Made by a program: the position numbers and the translations under genes. A DNA stretch of 64,000 nucleotides from Chiloscyllium plagiosum (lineage: Eukaryota). Position 1 is the stretch's first letter. Each line of letters opens with the position of its first letter. The stretch is taken from positions 34,378,923 through 34,442,922 of the forward strand of contig NC_057730.1 of assembly GCF_004010195.1 (NCBI RefSeq), in the 5' to 3' direction. Positions 52,871-64,000 of this stretch are shown piece by piece. Below the pieces are notes generated by a model, which saw only the letters and a list, made by a program, of their open reading frames with translations, made no database searches and was not told the origin of the DNA.

Positions 52871-54512
52871 CGAGGCAGTTCAGCACCTGCTGGGTAACAA
52901 ATGCTGGCCTTGTCAGTAACACCTGCATCTCATGAAAGAATAAAAGCAAATTCTGCCAAGAAATTCTTGCTTCTAGAGGATAATAGTTACGTTGTGTCCT
53001 GAAAGTTACAGCATACCCCATCAGGGAATTGTGTCCTGTGGACTGGAGCACTGGGGTCATCCTGCCCTGTAAAATGTCAGGTTGCTGAGACAAAGACAGC
53101 TGCCATTTCTGGTGTTGCTCCTCCTGATTATTAACTGGGATATTCTCTATATCTGTATCAGTCAAATTTCACTTGCCATTCAATCAAGTACTCTCTTCTT
53201 ATTCAGCATAAGTGTTGGTTTTCCCCTTAAAATAGTATTCTTACAAATTAACCTGACAAGTGCAAGAAGAAAAGCTTCAACAAAATAAGTTTTTTTTCAG
53301 CAAGTTCGGTACTGCCAAATCTCGAAAAGCAGCCGCTGTTTTGGTTCAATACATAAAAGATTTCCAACTGTTAATTTTCCAGGTTCATCACTCTACATTG
53401 TGCTTCTAACCTTGTGGACCCTGACAAGTTTCACACAACCCAAGAAACCTAGTTAAAGTCAGGAGAAAAGTAAATCTTCAGATAACTGCCTTTCTCTATA
53501 TCTAAATTACAGATTTACCTCAAATTTCACACCAGTTAAATACAGAAGTGGGTAAGTTCATGTCGTCCCTGGAAATTTCTTCTTCTTAAACACCTTCCCA
53601 GAATACATATACACCTGTATCCCCTTACAGGTTAAAATTCAATCCAATGTCACCAAGATCGTGTACTATTTGCCAGGGCATTGTAAGAGATTTAAAATAA
53701 ATAATGAATTCATGAGGATGAAACAGGTCAATCGACTTATGATGTGACTTATGGAAATAGTAGTGTGAGTTATAGCCACAAACCCATATCTTACTGATTG
53801 TAAGAATAAGGCACTCCTTCTGCCTTATCCAAACAGTTTGGACAGGTGATATACTCCACTTTTCTAGACCTGCGGCAGAATTCAAATATTTCAGTATTTA
53901 GAAAAAGCTCCAATCCAGGCCCTTGAAATGATCATTGGTTCTGTGGAACTGTTATGGTCATGATAGGACAGTAAATTCACATGTTTGCTCCTTCACAATC
54001 TACAGACCCAGAAATTAACACTGTCTTAAATTAATAGTTATGGCTTATATTTTAAGTTTAAATCAAGAAACAGATCTCTAAAAGCATATAATCAGGAAAG
54101 AACCCACTCTACTCACTACTGCAGATTCACTGTAGGCCACATTTAAAACAAATTAACTTATCTGATTCTGTGCTGTGAACTTTGCCCAACAGTTCCTCTA
54201 AGATCAGTCGTGAATTTCACTGTTTGTTAATTTTCCCAGATGCATTCCGATGTCTAACGATACATGAATTCAAACAGCAAAAGCAGTAACTGTGCAGGTT
54301 CTCTCTCTCTCTCTTTCCCCCGCAATGACTTCACCATGTGCTTCTTTTGTCTGTTCTTCTCCCTTTTAAAACTGCTGTTGTTTTGACTTTTTTTTCCCAA
54401 AGTTCCAAAACAATGCAACAGCATATAAAACAGTAATTACTCCAGCACCTAAAATATCTCAAAAAAGGAGCAGCTGTTACAGCCAGAAATTTTTCCCATC
54501 CTCCATCTTGGA

Positions 54513-57110
54513 TTCTCCTTCGTGATGGCCACCATACCCAGCTCTGCCCCTTCACTCTCTTGAATTTTTGAGATATCACTCATGTCTTCCACTGCGAAGA
54601 CTGACGTGAAGTAATTATTCAGTTCCTCAGCCATTTCCTTATTCGGCACTACTATCTCTCCAATGTCATTTTCCAGCCCCCAATGTCCACTTTTGTCTCT
54701 CTTTTGCTCTTTTTTCATTGAAAGAAGCTATTACAGTTTTCCTTTATATTCCTGGGATCGCTTACCCTCATATTTAATCTTCTCCCTCCTTTTGTTTTGT
54801 TGCCCTTTGTAAGCTTCCCAATCCTCTAGTTTCCCACTGCCCACATTATATGCTTTCTCTTTGCTTTTATGCTATCCCTGACTTCTCTAGTCAGCCTTGG
54901 TTGTCTCATCCTCCCTGTACCATGCTTTTCTTTTCATCAGGATGAATCTCTGCTGTGTCTCCTAAATTACTCCCAGAAACTCCTGCCATTGATGTCCACT
55001 GTCTTTCCTGCTAGGCTCCTCTCCCAGTCAATCCTACCCAACTCCTCTCTCATGCCTCTATAGTTGCCTTTATTCAGCTGTAATCCCATTACCTCTGATT
55101 CTATTTTCTCCCTCTCAAATTGCAGACTAAATTCGATCATATTATGATCACTGCCTCCTAAGGGTGCCTTCACATAAAGTTCCCTTATCAAATCTGCCTC
55201 ATTGCACAACACTAAATCCAGTATTGTCTGTTCCCTCGTGGGCTGCATCACAAGCTGCTCAATCTTGTAGATATCCCACAAATTCCTTTTTTTGCAATCC
55301 ACTACCAACCTGGTTTTTACAGTCCACCTTTACATTGAAATTCCCCATGATCATTGTAACATTGCCTTTGCTGCACATCTTTTCTATCTCATTGTGTACC
55401 TTATGCCCCAGCTCCTGACTACTGTTTGGAGGCCTGTACATAACTAATTATGTTTTTTTTACCTTTACAGTTCTCAATTCTACCCACACAGAATTCTACA
55501 CAATCTGACCCTACTTCATTTCTTAGTAATAAGGTAATCCCATCCCCTCCGCCCTCCTGCCTATCTTTTCAATAGGATGCATATCCTTGAATATTCAGCT
55601 CCCAATCCTGATCCCCTTGCAACCATGTCTCTATGATGCCCACATATCATAATTGCCTATTCGATCTGCTCATTCCCTCTTCTTATTATCATTCATTTAT
55701 CCAGTGTACTTGAAGTTTGATTGCTAACCCTTTCCAGATATTCTGTCCTACTTGTGCCTGTGCTGAAGATTTTAATCTTACCTCCTCTTTTAATTCAGAC
55801 TTTCTAATTCGCCCTGTAACTGATAGCCCCCACCAAACCCCCACATTTAGGTTATGCAATTTGCCAAGACTCTGGTCCCAGAACAGTTCAGATGAAGACT
55901 GTCCTAACAGAACAAGTCCATTCTTCCCCAGTACTGGTGCCAATTTTCCACGAATTTGAACCATTTACTTAGATTTAGATTACTGACAGTGTGGAAACAG
56001 GCCCTTCAGCCCAACAAGTCCACACCGACCCTCCGAAGAGCAACCCACCCAGACCCATTCCCCTACATTTACCCCTTCACCTGACAGGCAAATTAGCATG
56101 GCCAATTCACCTAACCCACACATCTTTGGACTGTGGGAGGAAACCGGAGTAGCCCCACGCAGACATGGAGAGAATGTGCAAACTCCACACAGACAGTTGT
56201 CGGAGGCGGAAATTGAACCCAGGTCTCTAGTGCTGTGAAGCACCGTGCCGCCCACAATTTCTCCCACACTAATCTTTGAACCATGCATTTACCTGCTTGA
56301 TCTTATTGACCCTGTGCCAATTAGTTCATGGCACAGGTAGTAATCCAGACAATATTACCTTTTTGGTTCTCCTTTTTAATTTAGGTATACGTGCTAATCC
56401 AAGTTCTAAGCGCATCTGCCTTACCTTGCACTAAAATAAATGACTTCTGGGTTAGGTAGAACCTGTACAAGAAGAACAGATTGCACAAACTAAAACTTCA
56501 GACCACCACTCCTGCTGTGTTCAGTAACCTCCTCTTGTCTGTTCTTCCTCTTAGTTTTGCTGGCCTTAATCTCAGACTCTTCTTCAGCATTTTATTTGCT
56601 GATCTACTTCTCTTCCTCTTGTTCCTCTGACACCTTAGTTTAAACACTCCCAAGCGGTACTAGCAAACTTCCCTGGCAGGACATTGGTGCCTCTTCAGTC
56701 TACGTGCGATCTGTACATACTTAATTATGCTATCTCCCTATTCTTAGCCTCACTGGCATGTGGGACAGGAAGTAATCCTGAGATTAGAACCCTAGAGGTA
56801 CTGCTTTTCAACTTCCTAACTAACTCCCTGGACTCCCTTTGAAGGTCCTCATCTCTCTTTCTGCTTATATCATTGGTACCAATATGGAAAACAATCTCTG
56901 CCTGCTCACCCTCTCGTTTCAGAATATCCTGTGTGTGCTCAGAGTCTTCCTTGACCCAGATACCAGGGAGGAAACACACCATCCTGGAGTCTTGCTTGCA
57001 GCCACAGTAAAGCCTATCTGTGCTCCTAATTACAGAGTCTCTAACACTACTGCTTGCCTACACTTCAACCCTCCCTGTTGTACAACAGAGGCAGTTGTGG
57101 TGCCACTGAT
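54513..57110 (-). mobile_element. CR1 5'-half fragments: APE endonuclease (54513-55680) and ORF1 SGNH/esterase-like pieces (about 56280-56390 and 56620-57110), with an HE1 SINE at about 55965-56253
   Basis: YRPPNS, MGNFN, ILDLVL and LGGSDHNMIEF; VCFLPG...HIGTNDI...ISGLLPVP. Confidence 0.85.
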
Positions 57111-58235
57111 TTGGCTGTTGACATCCCAAAGAATCTCAAAACTAAATATTTTGGAAAAGCAGTCACTGCTACATTGGAGATAAATGAGGTTGTGCACTGC
57201 AAGATCCTAGAAATAGCTCCGCGACATTCTGCTTGGTTTGAAGGTGCTGGAAATTGGGGTTGCCTTTAAAACTGTATTCTCTTACTCTTCTTAATCCAAT
57301 ATTTCCTGTGTAGCTTTAGAACACATTTAACTGTGGTATAGTGGTAAATAGCCTTCTATCAGTGTAAACAAAAGATTTATTGGGTTTCATAGTAACTTAT
57401 TAGGAAGCAGTATTTAAAAGAAAATTGTGCTTGGAAGGAACGAAAGCTAACTTTCAAATGTAGTTGAGCAAGGAGTCAAAATCATCCAATGTCATGAGTA
57501 GCTGCCCATGGCTATTAGCCAAAAGGATCCATACAACTGATTGACACCGCGTAAGCTAAGCACCTAGAAGGAGGGTATATTGCAAAGTGCTTAGGAGCAG
57601 TCACCAGTCCTCATCAGGCAGTCCTTGTAGGCACCAATGCTCATCAGGGAGCTGTCTTCTCTAGGTGGAAGATGGTCCAGAAGAGGAGGAAGACCACCTA
57701 GAGAAGAGTTCCCTAACATTTTGGCTAGAAAACAGGATGCTGTATTCACAAATCTGTGCCAATTGCCTGTTTGCCCTCTGGCATTAGTGAACCAACCTGA
57801 TTATTATAGTTGTATACTTGCTTTGACTAATTAGCTAATGTATTATATCTAATCTGCTGCTTCTTAATCATCTCAATAAGCTATCTATTAATTGTTTACA
57901 AATTATCAATTGTCTACATTAGGCTGTGATTACAAATCCCTACAATCAACAAAGGATAAATATTGGACAGAATACTAAAAAGAAATGTATTGTTCATCTT
58001 CAGAATAATGCAGCAGGGTCTTTCCCACCCAAGAGGGCAAACAAGGCATATATTTAATGATGCATTCAAAAGACAGCAACTCCAATGGTACTAAAGGAAG
58101 ACAACATTGTTAACCAAGATTATGTGCTCATGTCTCTGGCGTGGTACTTCAATCCACAACTTTCTGGCTCAAAATCTGAGCATGCTCCTAAATGGACCAC
58201 AGCTGACAATTTGTTATTGGTGTCTTAATAAATAC

Positions 58236-58398
58236 CTCAGGTCCCAGATTCGCGCCATGCAGTCCTCCCCGCCAGTATACATCCAGCGCCCATCTTCGTG
58301 GAATCCCACTGAGGTGATGTTTTTGCTGACTCCATCATAGTTGATGACTGGGTTCGGGTTGTTAGAATTCAAGTCATACATTCGGATATGCTGGTACC
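58236..58398 (-). CDS. MLST8: MLST8 coding exon 3
   Basis: [55 protein letters not shown]; 163 nt. Confidence 0.98.
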
Positions 58399-58925
58399 CT
58401 ACAAGGTGAACCAGAGATGTAGCTTTACCAGACAGCACATGCACTGTGGCACCATCTACATGAGATAACTTGGTTCAAATCATGCTCTATGTCATAAGAC
58501 TGTGCAGCAACATGGTCAAAAATGAAGTTCTTGTTCTTCAAGAAAGTGGGCAACAAGATGCATCAGGTCCGGTGGTGGAATAATGCCACTCATTTTCATC
58601 TTTCAGGAAAATTAAGTACTTTGGGCATAAGTAAATAATTGACAAGCCTTGAACAAGAATAGAGATTGAAAAAGACATTTATCCTTTTCTTCTCTCACCT
58701 CATTAGGAAATAAATCTATGGATGTTAGAATCCCAGATGTTAGGAGTAAATGTCTGCCTTAGTTACTAACGCCATCTCAACTTTACACGAGTTGTTTGTC
58801 AAACAATGTTAGATTTTCATCATTAATAAGGGACGCAATTATCACACATTTCCCAGTATGCAAGGGTAATGACTATGGGGCTGGATAAAACAAAACATGA
58901 AGAATAGATTGCAAATTGTGCTTAC

Positions 58926-58977
58926 CAGCTGCTGCAATCATACTGCGGTCTGGGGTGATTTCCAAGGCATTCACTTG
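58926..58977 (-). CDS. MLST8: MLST8 coding exon 2
   Basis: QVNALEITPDRSMIAAA; 52 nt; G|GTAAGC donor. Confidence 0.97.
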
Positions 58978-58988
58978 CTGGAAACTTT

Positions 58989-58997
58989 GTTAAGGAA
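58989..58997 (-). other. U12-type (minor spliceosome) branch-point sequence TTCCTTAAC
   Basis: The minus strand reads TTCCTTAACaaagtttcCAG|, an exact consensus ending 11 nt before the exon. Confidence 0.75.
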
Positions 58998-59220
58998 GCA
59001 GAATGAATGACACACGAATTTACAGTAATTCACAAACTCAGTTCCTAAGTGGATCCTCAATAAAACACTGAAGATTTCACTGAAGCTTTTCAAGGCATAC
59101 ATGCGCAGCAAGTGAGGCTCAGTCACTCTACACAATAAATGGCCAGAGACATTACTTTCAGCTTCAGACACAGATTAACACTTGCACATTGGTACAGTAT
59201 GTGGACCTGGCCTATAACCA

Positions 59221-60162
59221 CAAGGGGAAGGCATACTTACAGCATTATGAAGCTTAGGCTCATTCTCATGGCAAGGATAAGATAACACGAATGTTCTAAG
59301 TACTTTGAGAAATAATAAGGAAATAGGAAATACAGAATGAGGGGAAAAATGTTGCAATTCAGGAAATAGAGTAAAAACAGCTAGAAATTGACTAGAGGTC
59401 AGTTGAGCTTAGATGGGGACTGTGCAACAAAACCTGCTTCTATTTAAATTTTACTCCATTTAGTTTTTTCTTCCTATATTTGTACGTGCTTAGTTTCACT
59501 TAAAAGCATAATTTATCATAAAGAAGCCTTACATAATATAAACGTTTATTGGACTTTCTGTAACAAGTCCTGAATTCTGTATATTCCTGATATTTCACGA
59601 AGTACAAACATAATGTCTGCTGTCAAGATATGATGCATCAACCACTGCATATCCTTGTATAATAGTATAGGCAAGGTAGGTGCCACAGACTGTGTAACTG
59701 TATTAAATTGCTGTTTTACACATACTGTTTATTCAACGAGGAGATGTTCATTCACATTTCTATCTAAATTTACAATTGGGATCCATTGACCTCTGGAGAT
59801 GTTTGGATTTTTCAGGAATTGTGCATACAGTTGAACAGCATATGAATGAGCAACAGCTGGAAGCAGTTGAGCCAGGAGGTAGGATGTGGATGGGAATTTA
59901 GGAGACATGGTTAGTAAGTTTGCGGATGACACCTAAATTGGTGGTATAATAGATAATGAAGAAGGTTATCTAAGATAACATAGGGATCTTGATCAATTGG
60001 ACCAATGGGCTTAGGAGTGGCAGATGGAGTTTAATTTGGATAAATGCATTTTGGTAAGGCAAATCAAGAGGAAGGGATACTTACAGCATTATGAAGCTTA
60101 GGCTCATTCTCATGGCAAGGATAAGATAACACGAATGTTCTATGTACCTTAAGAAATAATAA
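59221..60162 (+). repeat. 98-bp direct duplication (59221-59318 vs 60065-60162)
   Basis: caag(g/a)ggaagg(c/g)atacttacagcattatgaagc...gaaataataa, with about 5 mismatches. Confidence 0.9.
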
Positions 60163-62780
60163 TTAAGTTATATACTTTGAATGTTGTGTCACAGATAGAC
60201 AGAATGGTTAAGAAGGCATTTAGCACGCTTGAGTTCATTGCTCACACCACTGAGTATAGGAATTGGAATGTCTTGTTGAGGTTGTTCAGAATGTTGGTGA
60301 AGCCACATTTGGAATACTGTATACAGTTCTGGTCACGCTGCTATAGCAAGGACATCATTAAATTGGAGAGTGCTCAGAAAAGATTTACAAGGATGTTGCC
60401 AGGACAGAAAGGTTTGAGTTATAAGGAGAGACTGGAACTTTTTTCAATGGAGTGTAGGAGGTTGCGGGGTGACTTCATAAAGGTTTATAAAATCATAATG
60501 GGCATAGATAAGCTGAATAGCAAATGTCTATTCCCGAGGGTGGGGGACGTTAAAAATAGAGGTCATATTTTCAAGATGAGAGGAGAAAGATTTAAAAGAG
60601 GGTGGTTCTTATGTGGAATGAACTGCCAGAGGAAGTGGTAGATGCAGGTACAGTTAGAACATTTAAAAGACATTTAGACAGGTACATGAATAGGAAAGGC
60701 TCAGAGGGTTATGGGCTAAACAGAAGTGAAGACACTAGTTTAATTTGGAATTCTAGGTCGACATAGATGAGTTGACTGAGCAGTCTGTTTCCGTACTGTA
60801 TGACTCTATGACTCTAGGTGAGGAATGTATCTGCCACAGTGATTGCAGAGAGGACTAACTCACACACTAAGGAGATTGTGAATGGAAGGATGCTTACAAT
60901 CCCTTTAATAAAGATCATTATGTAGATCCACAGTTGCTAGGGACAGGGCACAAAGAGTTCACTCTTACTCAAAACAGGAGGAATTTAAAAAAATATTTAA
61001 TTTAGATGCTTGGTTTTCCAAAACTATTTGGACTACTACAACCCCAAAGATTCCAGAAGAATTCCTATTGATTATACAGGAGCAAACATAACCTTGCTGT
61101 TTAACAAAGGAGAAATTCAGAAAATGGGGAATGATAGGTCAGTTAGCCTAATGTCAGTAATAGATAAAATCATTGAATCTATTATTACAGATGTGGTAAG
61201 AGGGTACTGGGAACATTATGGTATGGTTAAGCAGAGTCAATACAAATTTACTTTTGATAAATCTGATGGCAATTTTTTGAAGATAAAACCAGTAGGATGG
61301 ATAAAGGAGAACTAATGGATAAGAACAGAAGAAATAGGATCGGGAGTAGGCCATCTGGCCCAGTGAGCCTTTTCATGGACTCAGTTCCACTTACCTGCCC
61401 ATTCATCATCACCCGTAATCCTTTACTGTTCAAAAATCCATTTATCTTTGTCTTAAAAACATTCAACCAGGTAGCCTCAAAAGGGAATTCCACAGATTCA
61501 CAAACCTTTGGGTGAAGAAGTTCCTCCTTAGCTCAGTCCTAAATCTGTCCCCCTTAGGCTATGCCCCCTAGTTTGGATCCACCCTTCAGTGGAAACAACC
61601 TTCTTGCTTCTATCTTATCAATTCCCTTCATAATTTTATAGGTTTCCCTCATTCTTCGAAATTCCAATGAGTATACTGGTATATTTGACAAACTGTCATA
61701 CAAAAGCTTATACAACAAAAGCTTAGGACTCATGGGATTGGGAATCATTGCACGGATGAAAACTGGTTGAAAAACAGGAAAGAACAAGCAAGAATAAAAG
61801 TAATTATTAGTCATAGAGATGTACAGCATGGAAGTAGACTCCCTCGGTCCAAATCATCCATGCCGACCAGATAGCCTCACCTAACCTAGTCCCATTTACC
61901 AGCACCCAGCCCAAATCCCTCAAAATCCTTCCTATTCATATACCCATCCAGACGCCTTTTAAATGTTGCAATTGTACTAACCTCCACCACTTCCTCTGGC
62001 AGCTCATTCCATACATGTACCACCCTCTACGTAAAAAAGTTGCCCCTTAGGTCTCTTTCATATCTTTCCCCTCTCACCCTAAACCAAGCCCTCTAGTTTT
62101 GGACTCCCCCACCCCAGACAAAAAGACTTTGTCCATTTATCCTATCCATGCCCCTCATGATTTTATAAACCTCTATAAGGTCATCCCTCAGCCCCTGACG
62201 CTCCAGGGAAAACAGCCCCAGCTTATTCAACCTCTCCCTATAGCTCAAATCGTCCAACCCTGGCAACACCCTTGCAAATCTTTTCTGAACTCTTTCACAT
62301 TTCACAACATCCTTCTGATAGGAAGGAGACCAGAACTGCACACAGTATTCCAAAAGTGGCCTTACCAATGTCCTGTACAGCTGCAACATGACCTCCCATC
62401 CCCTGTACTCAATGCTCTGACCAATAAAGGAAAATAACCAAACGCCTTCTTCACTATCCTAGCTACCTGTGACCCCACTTTCAAGGAGCTATGAACCTGC
62501 ACTCCAAGGTCTCTTCGTTCAGCAACACTCCCTAGGACCTGACTATTAAGTGTATAAGTCCTGCTAAGATTTGCTTTCCAAAATGCAACACCTCACATTA
62601 TCTAAATTGAACTCCATCTGCCATTCCTCAGCCCATTGGCCCAACTGATCAAGATCCTGTTGTAATCTGAGGTAACCTTCTTTGCTGTCTACTACACCTC
62701 CAATTTTGGTGTCATCTGCAAACTTACTAACTATACCTCTTATGCTCATATCCAAATCGTTTATATAAATGCCAAAAAGT
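59890..62780. mobile_element. CR1/HER1 LINE fragments: 59890-60795 (+), about 61000-61800 (mixed) and 61810-62780 (-)
   Basis: SKFADDT, LEYC(I/V)QFWS and RGDFIKVYKI motifs, with ctatgact tails. Confidence 0.88.
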
Positions 62781-63134
62781 AAAAAAGATATGGTCAATGC
62801 CTAGGCCTGAGTTACAAGTTATATTAATAATTTAAAGGTGGGTACTGAGTGTAAAGTATCCTGGTCTGGATATGGTACAAGTTAAGTGGAAAGTTAGCAG
62901 TGAGGAAGACATAAAAAGCCATAGAGGGATGCAGACAGGTTGAATGAGTTAGCAAGAATATGACAGATTGAATACAATGTGGTAAGAAAAGCTTAATTGG
63001 AAAAATGAAAGAAGCAGATTATTTTTGGAAAGGTGAATGTGTAATTTTTTTCTGTCTACAGAGTGATGTGGGTGTCTATGTACATGAACTACAGAAATAA
63101 TCAGGTATAACCACATATAAACTGGCACAGATAC

Positions 63135-63263
63135 AGAGTCCTGATGTTGCACTGTTCTAGTGCAGATACCGCTGTGTGCTTGCCAAAAGCGGACGGTGTG
63201 ATCATAACCAGCGGTGGCCAGAATGACAGGGTCACTGCCCACTGTGCCCGGACTTGTATTCAT
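63135..63263 (-). CDS. MLST8: MLST8 first coding exon (exon spans 63135-63285; the upstream non-coding exon is outside the window)
   Basis: [43 protein letters not shown]; upstream acceptor tttttgttacag|. The eight exons sum to 981 nt, 326 aa. Confidence 0.98.
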
Positions 63264-63419
63264 TGTATCAGCCTTGAACGGTCACCTGTAACAAAAAAAA
63301 GAGTATCAGCTTCACTGCTTATCATTGTTATACCAACATTTGTCAATGTAGTAGTATAGTGGCTACAGGCCTGGATTAGAACCCTGAAGATTGTACCTTC
63401 AAATCAATTTAACCCAAAT

Positions 63420-64000
63420 TAATAAAGATGAAAAAGTTAGAGAGCAAGAAAACTCTAGCTAGATATATAAAATCAGACATTAAGAGTTTCTAAAGATATT
63501 TATGAAATAAAATAGTTAATAAAGTAAACATTGGTCCTTCACTAATAGAATCTGGAGAATTAATAATGGAAAATAAGAAGAAAGCAGATGAATTAAACTG
63601 GTATTTTGCATCAGTATCTACGATACAGGATAGCAGTAACATGCCAGAAATAACTAAATTAGCAAAGGATATGGAAGAACTTAAAAAAATTACAATCACC
63701 AGGGAAATGGTACTAAATAAATTGTCAGAGCTGTGGGATGACAGGTCCCTATCCTGAGACACTTCATCCTCAGATCTGAAAAGAAATGGCTAATTGGATA
63801 GATAGTTTTAGTTTTCCAAAATTCAAGGAAGGCTCCATTTGATTGGAAAATATAAATGCAATTCCTTTACACAAGAAGGGAGACAGAAAGTAGGAAATGA
63901 CAGTTCAGTTGGCTTAACATTTTTCATGGGGAAGACAGTACAAGCTATTATTAAAGACATTATAGCAGGTCATCTCAAAACGTTTAAGGTAATCAGGAAA
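63420..64000 (+). mobile_element. Decayed CR1 ORF2 fragment; another lies at about 62840-63095
   Basis: ADELNWYFASV...ITREMVLNKL, followed by a DWKI.N..P-like region. Confidence 0.75.

Overview
This is vertebrate genomic DNA, most likely from a shark or other elasmobranch. That call is an inference from the HE1-type tRNA/V-SINEs, HER1/CR1 LINEs and abundant Penelope-derived repeats. The window holds the gene cluster (E4F1?)<- ->PGP ->BRICD5 <-MLST8, the same arrangement as human 16p13.3. I reconstructed complete spliced CDSs by hand for PGP (2 exons, 307 aa), BRICD5 (6 exons, 225 aa) and MLST8 (8 coding exons, 326 aa), plus a probable first coding exon of E4F1. The rest is largely retroelement debris: CR1, a Tx1-type LINE spanning a 216-N gap, a Rex-type fragment, SINEs and Penelope-like elements (PLEs). 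Main observations: (1) many short PLE-derived, often fold-back insertions carry minimal hammerhead ribozyme cores (CUGANGA-A-stem II-GAAA-palindrome) and cluster between the E4F1 and PGP promoters; (2) one MLST8 intron has a perfect U12 branch site but a degenerate U12 donor; (3) there are several 100-190 bp locally templated duplications, both inverted and direct; (4) the convergent BRICD5 and MLST8 genes have back-to-back poly(A) signals. Repeat boundaries are approximate. Family names and orthologue comparisons come from recall, not from database searches.
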